Positions 11,787 to 23,489 are shown, counted from the stretch's first letter. The stretch: DNA of 53,142 bases from Octopus sinensis (GCF_006345805.1 NW_021833968.1:1-53142); one strand, 5' to 3'. Notes: generated by a model from the letters alone, not told the origin. Program-made: numbers and translations.

Positions 11787-12049
11787 TATATATATATATA
11801 AAAGAACACAGAGGGGGTTTAAAATTTCCGACCGCATCTGTGTTCTCTTTTTTATTCCTACACCGCACTTAGAACCAGTCCTGAGTCGGATCTACGGTTT
11901 GAATTGGATTTGATACATCCATGCTTACATATCTGTGATATCCTATCAACACCTGATACCTTCATGGTTGAGCCCTATGTTATTGTGCCCAGCAATGTCT
12001 GGCGTCCTACTTGTTGATGTGACTAGATTATAATGAATCCTATAATAAA

Positions 12050-12050
12050 C

Positions 12051-12118
<68 letters not shown>
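12050..12118. repeat. (CTAT)n
   Basis: Perfect tandem repeat. Confidence 0.97.
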
Positions 12119-12652
12119 ACATTGTTGATTCTTGAAATGTTAAAGATAGATCGAAAGAACAGAAGGAAATTAGAAAATAAAAAAAAAATAGAAAAGGAGA
12201 AAAACGAAGAATAAATAGAAATAAATTAAGCAAAGGACATCAACATTTCTTTATTAGAATAATTGGTCTCCAAAGTAAAAACAAATAAATAAATATAAAA
12301 GCGTAATACAAAATGTAAAATAAAAATTTATAAAAAAATGATAGAATATAAAAAGATCAATAAAACTAAATATAGAAATCATTGTTAACTTGGACAATTG
12401 ATGTGAATTTCTTGGTCTTTAATCATAGAACAAAGGAATCCTCGAGTCAACAAGAGGCCTGTATGTGGTTGCCCACCCAACTAGAAATAGCAACCATGTC
12501 GATATCTTTCTCTCGCACAAGATTCATTCCTATCTACTTGGTTGTCAGATGAATTCGATCGTTTCATTCTCCTCCCCTGCTCGGCACTTCATTGTCTGAA
12601 AAGAAGTCAAATGTATTCAAATTTCCCAAAACGATGGACGAAAGTTGTAGAG

Positions 12653-12740
12653 TAGGGCTAGCCAAACTGAGGCTCGTGGGTCACAGGCAGCCCGCGAACT
12701 TATGTCTTGCGGCTCGCAGACTTTTGTCTTGTGGCCCGCT
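12653..12740 (+). mobile_element. hAT (Charlie-like) left terminus
   Basis: TAGGGCTAGCCAAACTGAGGCTCGTGGGTCACAGGCAGCCCGC followed by repeated GCGGCYCGC-like subterminal motifs. Confidence 0.55.
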
Positions 12741-12828
12741 TGATACTTTCTTCACATGGGTTTATTTAAACAGTTTTGAAATGTTATTAAAAGTTAAAGA
12801 TTGTAATGAAAAGTAAAAAAGAAAGATA

Positions 12829-14098
12829 CGAGGGGCGTTCAATAAGTAATGCCTCTGACCCACTTGCAGTTGTTTGATCTAGCTGAAATTTTGCATGTGC
12901 ACTTATTTATACCTCTATAGATTAAGTGGCGAATTACAGCTCTGAACTAATTGTGGTTTCTGATTTACAGGTGTTTGAACTGAGTCAAGTGTGAAATGGA
13001 GCCTGTTGAGTGTCGAGCAGTGATCTGGTTTTTGTATTTGAAAGGACGCACACCACGGGAGACTTTTGATGAAATGAAAGTAACTTATGGTGATGATGCC
13101 CCATCATATGACCTTGTAAAACGCTGGCATTATGAATTCAAACATAGTCGGAACTCTGTGGAAACAGCTCCCAGATCTGGTCGCCCCCTTCTGCCGTTGA
13201 TGAGACGTCTGTCCGTCAAGTTGAGGCTGCCATTTTGGAAGGTCAACGCATAACTATTCGCCAAATAGCCCATAAGGTCAAGATTAGTACCGGGTCTGTG
13301 AAAACTATCATTCATGACCATTTGCATATGCAAAAGGTGCCTGCCAGATGGATTTCCAGGTTGCTCACACCTTTCCAGAAGCAAGAACGCGTTGAGTGCT
13401 CGAGGATGAATTTGGAGATGTGCCAAGAAGATGAGTCAAAATTTTTCAAAAGACTGATCACACAGGATAAAACCTGGGTCCATCACTATGATCCATAGAC
13501 CAAAGCCCAGTCAATGCAGTGAAAGCACCGTGACTCACCTCCTCCAAAGAAGGCAAGGGTGCAGCCCTCCGCTGACAAAGTTATGCTCACAGTCTTCTGG
13601 GACCAGGACGGAGTAGTGATGACAGATTTCCTGGCAAAGGGTACCACAATTACAGGAGCCTATTATGCTTCACTTTTGAGGAAATTAAGAGAAGCTATCA
13701 AAATCAAGAGGCGGGGCAAGATCAGCAAAGGCATCCTCCTCCTGCAGGACAACGTTCCGGTCCACAACTCGCGTGTCGCCAGATCAGAAGCACAGGCGTG
13801 CAGCTATGAACTCCTCTCCTTGCACCCTCTGATTTTCACCTCTTCCCAGCCATGAAGTTGATTTTGAAAGGAAAGCGTTTCCCAGATGATGCAGCCTTGA
13901 TTTCTGAAGTCACGTCGTGGTTGGAGGACCAAGCTGGGGTCTTCTACAAAAATGGTCTCCAGAGCTGTATCAAACGATGGGAGAAATGCATAACTCTGGG
14001 TAGTTCCTATGTAGGAAAAGACTAATAACTGTGCCAAGTGTCGTTGCTCTACTGCTATGGAAAGTGGGTCAGGGGCATTACTTATTGAACGCCCCTCG
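12829..14098 (+). mobile_element. Full-length mariner (DD34D-type) transposon, inactive
   Basis: 37-bp TIRs CGAGGGGCGTTCAATAAGTAATGCCYCTGACCCACTT at 12829-12865 and 14062-14098 (1 mismatch). TA TSD at 12827-12828 and 14099-14100. Length 1270 bp. Confidence 0.97.
12996..14025 (+). pseudogene. Mariner transposase pseudogene
   Basis: HTH N-terminus, RWISRLLT, TQDKTWVHHYDP, LLQDNVPVH and LAPSDFHLF. Split by frameshifts and stops, with a deletion removing the PYSPD part. Confidence 0.95.
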
Positions 14099-14158
14099 TA
14101 CTACTGTTTTTGCAACGATAATATTTCATGTTGAATCAACAATCATTCATTCATTATG

Positions 14159-14538
14159 TGGAGGCGTCATGGCTCAGTGGTTAGGGCAGTGGTCTCGTGG
14201 TCGTAGGATCGTGGTTTCAATTCCCAGATCGGGCGTTGTGAGTGCTTATTGAGCGAAAACACCTAAAATCTTCACGAGGCTCCGGTAGGGGGTGGTGGCG
14301 AACGCTGCTGTACTGTTTCACCACAACTTTCTCTCACTCTTTCTTCCTGTTTCTGTTGTACCTGTATTTCAAAGTGTACCTTGTCACACTCTGTGTCACG
14401 CCGAATCTCTCCGAGAACTACATTAAGGGTACATGTGTCTATAGAGTGTTCAGCCACTTGCATGTCTATTTCACGAGCAGGCTGTTCCATTTATCGGATC
14501 AACTGGAACCCTCGTCGTCGTAACCGACTGTGTGCCAC
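14159..14538 (+). mobile_element. tRNA-derived SINE family 2
   Basis: A box TGGCTCAGTGG and B box GGTTTCAATTCC. The 3' ~175 bp is shared with 40775-40953. Confidence 0.85.
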
Positions 14539-14740
14539 GATTCGTTATTGTAATAATAGCATGAGAAAGCAAAATGCTTTCGATTCTGTCCGTATACAAG
14601 CAGCCCTCAAAACGCTTTCCGTGATTAAAGTGACCTGCAATGTAATTCGAGTTGGCCTGGTCTGTTGTAGAAGAAGAATAGTGCTACAACCCGCTGACGA
14701 CCCAACACGTAGTGCTTATTTGTTTATTGGAAGTTAAACT

Positions 14741-14750
14741 TCATCATCGA

Positions 14751-14782
<32 letters not shown>

Positions 14783-14815
14783 CCATCATCATCGTCATCG
14801 TCATCATCATCATCG

Positions 14816-14864
<49 letters not shown>

Positions 14865-14990
14865 AATCACAATCACCATCATCACCATCATCATCATCAT
14901 CGTCGTCGTCGTCGTCGTCGTCGTCGTCATCATCATCATCATCATCATCATCAACAATAATAGCAACAAAGACGAAACAACAATAACAAC
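14741..14990. repeat. (CAT)n/(CGT)n/(CAA)n
   Basis: Tandem repeat; source of the poly-H/M ORFs. Confidence 0.96.
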
Positions 14991-15108
14991 AAAACTACAA
15001 ACGTCCCCGTGTATAGGCAAAAAGTTAACAAAATGTGTTCTTCAATTTTCAAGAGCATAGAATGTAAATTGGCTGCTGTTTTTAGAAGGTCAAACGTTAT
15101 TTGAATCG

Positions 15109-15835
15109 TATTCTTTTATTCTTTTACTTGTTTCACTCATTTGACTGCGGCCATGTTAGAGCACCGCTTTTAGTCGAATAAATCGACTCTAGGACTCATT
15201 CTTTATAAGCATGGTACCTATTCTATCGGCATCTGTTGCCGAACCGCAAAGTTACGGGGACGTAAACGCACCAGAATCGGTTTTCAAGCGATGTTGAGGG
15301 GACAAACACAGACACACATACACCAACACTCACCCACCCACACACATATATATATATTAATATATATACGGCGAGCTTCTTTCAGATTCCGTCTCCTAAA
15401 TCCACTCACAAGGCTTTGGTCAGCCCAAGGCTATAGTACAAGACACTTGCCCAAGGTGCCACACAGTGGGACTGAACCCGGAACCTTAAGGTTGGGAAGC
15501 AAGCTACTGTAGCGTACACTCGAGTGAAATTCATCTCCTCTCTATTATACATATATACGAACGTAGTAGATAACAGCTAGTCTTTGGCCGCATTTTGGAC
15601 CCCGTTGTGTCCACTACTCTGATTGGTTGGTATTGGCGCAATTTGTCTCTTACTCTAGCGCACCAATACGCAGCGTATAACCAATCAAAGCCCTCAAATA
15701 AGGTCACGTGTGACAGCCTGTTCTCTACTTAGTTTTGAGCCTACAACTCCTTATAAAATCCCAGCTTCTCCTCATCTCGATGTCTTTAGGTTCCAGGCCT
15801 TTTAAGGTCTAGCCGCTGACCACACTACTTACCAC
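15109..15835 (-). mobile_element. SINE family 1, head interrupted by a solo LTR
   Basis: Reverse complement of the 8069 copy. AAGCAAGCTAC|TTACCAC is split by the insert at 15508-15824. Confidence 0.92.
15508..15824 (+). mobile_element. Solo LTR (probably Ty3/Gypsy)
   Basis: TG...CA termini and a 4-bp TSD CTAC (15504-15507, 15825-15828). The flanks rejoin into intact SINE sequence. Contains CCAAT boxes and TATAAAA at ~15752. Strand is inferred from the TATA box. Confidence 0.88.
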
Positions 15836-16173
15836 TTGCAATATAGATGGAAGAGTGGGAAAATCAGTTACCTAGGTTCCACCCCTCTCCATTCTGAGTT
15901 CAAACCACGCTAGCGGTGACTTTTCTTTCCTTCTCTGAATAATTTGAAATGAACACCAGCTATAGTTTTGTTGTTGTTTTTGTTGTTGCGGCTTGGCTTT
16001 GCTGAACTTCAGGTCAGCTATGATGCATGGCCCTCAGACAATCGAAATAATCAATAATATATGAAAAAGTAGAGGCAAGGATTTGTTGGTTCAGTAATCC
16101 GCTATGCAGTCACGTGATTTCGGTAGAACAGAAATTGCGCAAGAAAAGCGTAGATAACGAACGGGGATTATAA

Positions 16174-16174
<1 letters not shown>

Positions 16175-16216
<42 letters not shown>

Positions 16217-16222
16217 CATAAA

Positions 16223-16291
<69 letters not shown>

Positions 16292-16676
16292 ATATATATA
16301 TATATATATGTATATTTATATAAATATATGTACGTATGTGTGTATGTGTGTATATATATATATATATTATATATATATATATAATATATATATATATATA
16401 CATATATAAATACATATATATATACATATATATACATATATGTACCTATATATATACATATATAGCTATACATAGATGTATATACATACACATATATACA
16501 TACATATATACATACTTATATATATAAAAAAATATATATACATATATATGTATATATATATAAACATATATATATATACACATCTCTCTCTCTCTCTGTA
16601 TATATATACACATACATATATACATATATATATAACATATGTATATAACGTATATATGTATATAACACACACACAT

Positions 16677-16708
<32 letters not shown>

Positions 16709-16710
16709 GT
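16175..16710. repeat. (TA)n/(TACA)n compound microsatellite
   Basis: Visible repeat. Confidence 0.96.
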
Positions 16711-17288
16711 GCAATATATCTTTAAATTTTTAATTCTTTAAATTGTTTCAGCTTCAAATTTATAGAATTAAATACAAGAGTAGATCCAGTTCTGTTCTGA
16801 ATCACACACACGCACTCACAAACGTACACGTACACGCACACGCGCACACACACATACAACAGAGAGAGAGAAAGAGAGAGAGTAAGAGAGGGAAAGAGAG
16901 ACAGAGAAGAGAAAGAGAGAAGAGAAAGAGAGAAGAGAAAGAGAGAGAGAGAGTAGGTTTAATGAAAAGGCAACTTTCGAGATATTGACAGCTAAAAAAC
17001 ATTATTTTCCTCATATTTTTCGAAACACACCATTTCATCATATAAAAATATATAATATATAGATACAAAAAATATATGCAAAAAATATAAATATATAAAC
17101 ATAAAATATATATATCCGTATGAGTTCGTCTGAAATTGTAAATCCGGTTGAAACCTAAAACGGTTGAAGGTTAAACGTACACGGTCAATGCATTGCAAAA
17201 TAGAAAATATTAAAAAGATGTATGGGCAGCTCAAAAATGCGAATACTTAAGTCCAGCGATCAAATTCACCATCATATATATATATATA

Positions 17289-17545
17289 TACTAATAAAAA
17301 GGGTTCAGCAAAGATTTGCTTCACCACACACCGAAGTTTAGAAATAGCAGCCAAAAATCTTAGCTATTTCTTCTACTTTAAAAGAGGGCCTCCCGGAGAA
17401 ACCAAAATATTGATTGATTTTCGTTGCTTTACTCTCTGCTTGTGTGAATTATCTTCAAGTATTTTGGTTTCTCCGGGAGACCCTCTTTTAAAGTAGAAGA
17501 AATAGTGTGGTGAAGCAAATCTTTGCTGAACCCTTTTTATTAGTA
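17289..17545. repeat. Long inverted repeat (fold-back) beside (TA)n
   Basis: Arms ~17289-17410 and ~17460-17545 are near-identical in reverse complement, except ~34 bp missing from the right arm. Confidence 0.93.
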
Positions 17546-18207
17546 TTACTTAAACTTACCGTGAAATGGTCCTTTTTTCATACCGAATTCTACTTGGTGA
17601 AATTATTAATTACTTCTTAATTAATTAATTTTACCCTTTGTTATTATATATATATATATATATCATTTATTCTATAATTGTAGTGCAGAACACGAAGCGT
17701 TGAATCATTCGATAGTGAGATGGGGGTTAACGAAGCTAACAATTGTCTTGTTAAATTTATGCAGGAATTAAGAGTTAATAAAACCCCTCTCTTGAATATC
17801 AACCCCACCAAACACACAATTACTTATATATAATGACAACAACAGCAACAACTAAAACAACAGCAGCAGCATTTCAAACAGCAGCATAATTTCTACTGAC
17901 ACTTTCAGACGTCAACAATTTCGTTGTCATCGAAATAAACAGTAATTGTCTCCTTAATTACAGAATGTCCGTCACGAATCCGTTCGCTCAATCTGAAGAA
18001 CATACTTAATGTGCTGAAATGTCCAAACACTTCATCAAGAAACAACCAGCATCAATTAAATGTGTGTCAATAATGGTTTATCGAAACAGACTAGCAAATA
18101 GAATCATATCACAATGTAGTTATCAGTTAAGGATAGCGGAATCGATTAAATCGAATATACGTTCATGAGGAGAGCAGAAAAGAAAAAGAAAGAGAAAAGC
18201 TCAAAAT

Positions 18208-18483
18208 ATTGTGGTTAAACAGGTTGTTTCTCAAGCATATGGTTCTGGGTTCAGTTCCACTGTGCCACACCTCATCCAAGCGCCTTCAGCTAACAGCTGC
18301 GGGTCGACCATATCATACCTGGACTGTGGCCACGTTGGGGCACCCTCTTGAAGAGTTTTATTTGAATAAGTCGATACTAGTACTTAATTTTTATGTCTAA
18401 TACTTATTCTGTCAGTTTCTTTAGCCGAACAGCTAAATTGCGCGGACGCGGGAGGGACAGATATTGACACAAAGACACAAAGA
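18208..18483. mobile_element. Degenerate SINE family 1: head (+) joined to 3' half (-)
   Basis: The head with GGTTCTGGGTTCAGTTCCACTG is at 18208-18310, followed by a reverse-oriented tail at ~18322-18483. Confidence 0.7.
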
Positions 18484-18530
18484 CGTGCATACATACATAC
18501 ATACATACATACATACATACATACAAACCT

Positions 18531-18992
18531 ATATATATGAATATATTAAAGGGACTAGCGAAATATGATAGATATATTATAAATTTATTTACATTATAAT
18601 GTAATATAATTATACTATAAAAAGATATATAATATGATATAATATGATATAACAATGAATTAAGACAAATATGTCTCCTACAATTTGTTTCGACTCGTAT
18701 CCACTAGTGAACTTATAAAAATTCACATTTATGCATATGAGTCTACTTGCACTAAGTTTTGTCGATTTTATTTAGACAAATATAACCCTGAGGAGACTCA
18801 TATGCATAAATGTGAATTGTTATAGTGGATATGAGTCGAAACAAATTGAAGGATATATATTTGTTTTAATTATTTGTTATATCATATTATACTATACTAT
18901 GTATTTTTATAGTTTAATTATATTATATTATTATGTAAATACACGTTTAATATGTCTCTCGTCTTTTTCTAATTCCTTTAATATTCATATAT
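18531..18992. repeat. ~200-bp-arm inverted repeat carrying a hammerhead (inverted pLTR-like)
   Basis: Arms ~18531-18747 and ~18794-18992, for example ATTCACATTTATGCATATGAGTCT versus AGACTCATATGCATAAATGTGAAT. Confidence 0.9.
18777..18863 (+). ncRNA. Hammerhead motif with mutated cleavage triplet
   Basis: CC-CTGAGGA(18788)-GACTCATAT..ATATGAGTC-GAAAC-AAATT-GAA-GG with a 9-bp stem II. The inverted arm retains GTA at the triplet. Confidence 0.72.
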
Positions 18993-19136
18993 TGAAATTA
19001 TATATAATTTTAAGTTTGGATATTTTCTCCACTATATTGTGGTATTTAACTGAAAAACCATTGAAAATTGGATGTTTTTTTCCCTTGGATTGATTGTATA
19101 TATCAAAATCAAAATCATAATAATAATAATAATGAT

Positions 19137-19167
<31 letters not shown>

Positions 19168-19188
19168 ATAATAATAATAATTATGGTT

Positions 19189-19518
19189 GAGCATCATAGC
19201 CATGTATCGAGAGGAATTATTTGGGCCTTGGATAATTCACCTTTGGAAACATGATGTTTCGTTCAACATCCTTAAACAACCCTTATTCAGGGACCTTTTG
19301 AGCGAGATGGGCTACTTGACCTAAAGAAAACTATAACTGGGCATCACCTGCAAGGTCATGCGCTGTTCCTCTTGGTATGAGATCACCATGCCGCGCACAT
19401 ATGGTTGTGGTGCATGTGCCTGGAGTACCCTTATCATGCGGGTAGTCATGATGGGTATGCTGGGCTTTGTATATTTTACCCCAGTGTCACTTTGATGGCA
19501 TGCACCACTCTCGCACTC
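19189..19518 (+). mobile_element. Non-coding TAA-tailed retroposon, 5'-truncated copy 1
   Basis: Homologous to the 3' part of 21348-21903; ends CTCTCGCACTC-(AAT)n. Confidence 0.88.
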
Positions 19519-19531
19519 AATAATAATAATG

Positions 19532-19595
<64 letters not shown>

Positions 19596-19597
<2 letters not shown>

Positions 19598-20060
19598 TTT
19601 TGTCTTGGTATAAAAGATGGGCTACAGCAAATATTCTGCTCAATATCACAGATTTGCTTGTCAGTTGTTTGACCTTAACCAGTTGAGTATGTCCCTTGAT
19701 GGCTGACGATATGTGCATCTCTGATGGGGGAGCATCATAGCTATGTGTTGAGCGGGATTATTTGGGGTTTGAATAATTCACCTCTAGAAACATGGGTGTT
19801 TCTTTCAACATCCTTAAACAACCCTTATTCAGGGACCTTTTGAGCGGGATGGGTTACTCGAGCAGAAGAAAATTCTAACTGGGCCCCACCTGCAAGGTCA
19901 TGTGCTGTTTATCTTGATATGAGATCACCATGTCGCGCACATATGGTTGTGATGCATGTGCCTGGTGTACCCTTATCAGACGGGTAGTCATGAAGGGTAT
20001 ATTGGGCTTCGTATATTTTACCCCAGTGTCACTTTGATGGCATGCACTGCTCTCTCACTC
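19596..20060 (+). mobile_element. Non-coding TAA-tailed retroposon, copy 2
   Basis: Same family with a different 5' truncation; (AAT)n on both sides. Confidence 0.9.
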
Positions 20061-20079
20061 AATAATAATAATAATAATA

Positions 20080-21276
20080 GTATATGGAGCAGGGGTAATC
20101 GCATGGGCAGTAGACAAGGAAGTTGCTAACTAGATATGGGACACTCCACCCCAAAAGTGACACAGACTGTATGTACCAAGAAAATGAGAGTGAAGAGGAC
20201 TGATGTGAACACAACATTAGTGCAGAAGAAAACAACATAGCATGGTATGTAAAAAAATGCCACTGAACCGCTATTATTAGAAGTAACACAACATTAGTGC
20301 AGAAGAAAACAACATAGCATGGTATGTAAAAAAATGCCACTGAACCGCTATTATTAGAAGTAAGAAAGTCAGGCTTGTGTAGCATGGACGATTGCAAAGA
20401 TAAAGCACTGTACAAGGAATTGAAAACGAATGAAACTGAAAAAGGCGGGTAAAGAAAATAATTCATGGTCAATTTTATAGGGATGTTGAAGATAAGACAG
20501 GCAGAGGAAAAAGGCGGCTGTAGATGACTAAAAGTAATTTAAATCCGGAAACGGAGGCTCTAATCTGTGCTGCCCATGAGCAAGCACTAAGAACAAACTA
20601 CATAAAATACAGATAACACAACGGAAAGTGATAAATTGCAGAATCTGTGGACAAAACTGTGAAACCGTATGGCATATTACCAGTCAATGTACACCACTAG
20701 CCCAGAAGGAATATAAGAGACACCACAACAATATAGCCAGGCTTGTCCATTGGACACTTTGCAAGAAGTATGGACTTGACAGAGCAAAAAATCTGTACGA
20801 CCACAAACCCGAAAGCATCGTCGAAAATAAAGATGCAAAGATCCTATGGGACTTTATGATTCAGTGCGACCATGGGACAGAGAATAGAAAGGTAGACATA
20901 GTCTTAATTGAGAAAGAAAACAAACTATGCTGGATCATAGATGCCCAGCTGACAATAAGGTATGTGATAAGGAAGAGAGAAGAGTCGAGAGATATGACAG
21001 GTTAGCTTGGGAAGTTAATCAGTTGTGGTCGATGAAAAAAGTAGCAATAGTCCCAATAATTGTCGGAGCCCTGGGAACACTGAGCAAAAATCTCGAGAAG
21101 TACGTAGAACAAATAGGGGCTGCAATAAGGTTGGAGCACTTGCAGAAAACAGAACTGCTTGGAACCGCTCAAATACTCCGGAAAGTGCTTGAAAAATAAG
21201 AGGTGTTACCTTAGTTCATTGGTAGTGAACAGCTGACACCGCAGTACATCTCCAGCGTTAGAATCTGTGCAAAGGC
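20080..21276 (+). mobile_element. Dong/R4-like RLE LINE 3' fragment A in (TAA)n
   Basis: LHPKSD motif, CCHC knuckle CRICGQNCETVWHITSQC, and RLE ILWDF..RKVDIVL..IID and VPIIVGALG. Frameshifts present. Short 3' UTR then (AAT)n. Confidence 0.93.
20208..20363 (+). repeat. 77-bp perfect tandem duplication inside LINE A
   Basis: ACAACATTAGTGCAGAAG at 20211 and 20288. Confidence 0.93.
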
Positions 21277-21347
<71 letters not shown>

Positions 21348-21349
<2 letters not shown>

Positions 21350-21903
21350 GCTCTGATGCAGTACCAGGCACTGGCTCTCATGGCTTGTGATCTTAACCGA
21401 TTGGAAGTGTTATCATGTACATTGTTTTGTCTTGGTATAAAAGACGGGCTACAGCAGATATTCTGCTCAATATCACAGATTTGCTTGTCAGTTGTTTGAC
21501 CTTAACCAGTTGAGTATGTCCCTTGGTGGCTGACGATATGTGCATCTCTGATGACGAGCAGAAGTATTGGGGGAGCATCATAGCTATGTGTTGAGCGGGA
21601 TTATTTGGGGTTTGAATAATTCACCTCTAGAAACATGGGTGTTTCTTTCAACATCCTTAAACAACCCTTATTCAGGGACCTTTTGAGCGGGATGGGTTAC
21701 TCGAGCAGAAGAAAATTCTAACTGGGCCCCACCTGCAAGGTCATGTGCTGTTTATCTTGATATGAGATCACCATGTCGCGCACATATGGTTGTTATGCAT
21801 GTGCCTAGTGTACCCTTTTCAGACGGGTAGTCATGATGGGTATATTGGGCGTCGCATATTTTACCCCAGTGTCACTTTGATGGCATGCACTGCTCTCTCA
21901 CTC
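21348..21903 (+). mobile_element. Non-coding TAA-tailed retroposon, copy 3 (longest, ~556 bp)
   Basis: (AAT)n on both sides; shares its 5' start with copy 4. Confidence 0.9.
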
Positions 21904-21958
<55 letters not shown>

Positions 21959-22056
21959 GTAGTAACAACAACAACAACAACAACAACGACGACGATGATG
22001 ATGATGATGATGACGACGATGATGATAATAATGACAACTACAATAACAATAACATT

Positions 22057-22321
22057 GGAAGGAACAAGTTCATGTTTATGCCTGTAATTATTGGGGCCCT
22101 GGGATATGAAACACTGTTTATAATATCAGTCTTGATAAATTAGGTTTCTCAAAACTAGGAAGGAGTATGATAACCCGAAGACTAAAAACCCAATCCATCA
22201 CTGGAACTGTAAAAATCTGTAAAACTTTGCAGAAGTTTATCATTTGAATATATATGAGCATGTTTAGATATGCAATTATATGCATGAGAAGACATACATA
22301 AAATAAAACATATAAATCTGC

Positions 22322-22352
<31 letters not shown>

Positions 22353-22428
22353 AAAATACCCTGTTGTTGATGTTGAAACCGGTTCTTTCTCTATTGGCAA
22401 GAAATCTTGAAATAAAACTGAACAATGA
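22057..22428 (+). mobile_element. RLE LINE 3' end, (CATA)n-tailed family
   Basis: KFMFMPVIIGALGY and TGTVKICKTLQKF. The 3' UTR has an internal CATA tract and ends GAAATCTTGAAATAAAACTGAACAATGA-(CATA)n. Confidence 0.87.
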
Positions 22429-22884
22429 CATACATACATGCATACATACATACATACATAAATCCATCCATCCATCCATCCATCCATCCATCCATCCATA
22501 CATACATACATACATACATACATACATACATACATACATACATACATACATACATACATGGCGTTGTGAGTTTATATAGTAGGTAGATAGATAGCCTTGT
22601 GGAAAACTAGACACACGGCTGATGGATGGCTCTTTCTCTTTCTTTCTCTTTCTCTCTCTCGCTTTCTCTCTCCACACACTCACACACACATACACACACA
22701 TACACACACACATACTTATAAACATTATATTTACCTATATTCTATACTATAAATATATCGATAAGCGGGAAGAGAAGGTGAGGGGGAGAGAGGGAGCAGT
22801 CGTAGCTAGAGAAAGAAAAGATAGAAATGTATAATGTGTGACAGAAATACCTATATAATTATATACCTGTAATGAATAATATGG

Positions 22885-22897
22885 CTACATGTATAAG

Positions 22898-22950
<53 letters not shown>

Positions 22951-23017
22951 GAGAGGGAGGAAAAGTAAAAAACAGACAGATGAACAGAATAAGAGGAAGA
23001 GATAAAGAGATAGAGAA

Positions 23018-23057
<40 letters not shown>

Positions 23058-23124
23058 GTTCCATGCCTGTATTCAGTAAGGTAAAATAATAATAATAATA
23101 ATAATGATGATGATGATGATGATG

Positions 23125-23192
<68 letters not shown>
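22885..23192. repeat. (GA)n and (TAA/TGA)n tracts
   Basis: Visible repeats. Confidence 0.93.
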
Positions 23193-23193
<1 letters not shown>

Positions 23194-23489
23194 TTTGGCT
23201 AAGTAAATGGTTAGTTGGCAATAGCAACATTGGATAATGGTATCTCTGTAGAAACAGTGCCATTTACTTTTGGTAAGATTCCAGCTACTTGCAGACGATG
23301 CATTTCTCAACCACCGCTGCAATTCTCCTCCTCTTCTCACCACCACCACCGCCACCACCGCCGCCTCCACCATCCTCGTTACTACCAATAGCAATGTCTT
23401 CCCGCATCCTCACCATTAACATCACAACCGCAACCACTGCTAGTTATCATCACAACCAACACCACCAAACGCAAAACTATAAGAACTAC

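Noticed and set aside
14159-14235. Genuine tRNA gene
   Set aside because: A and B boxes are present, but the cloverleaf is imperfect and the sequence continues into a SINE body.
17988-18030. CTGAAGA..GAAATGTC hammerhead candidate
   Set aside because: No stem I and a bulged stem II; compatible with chance.
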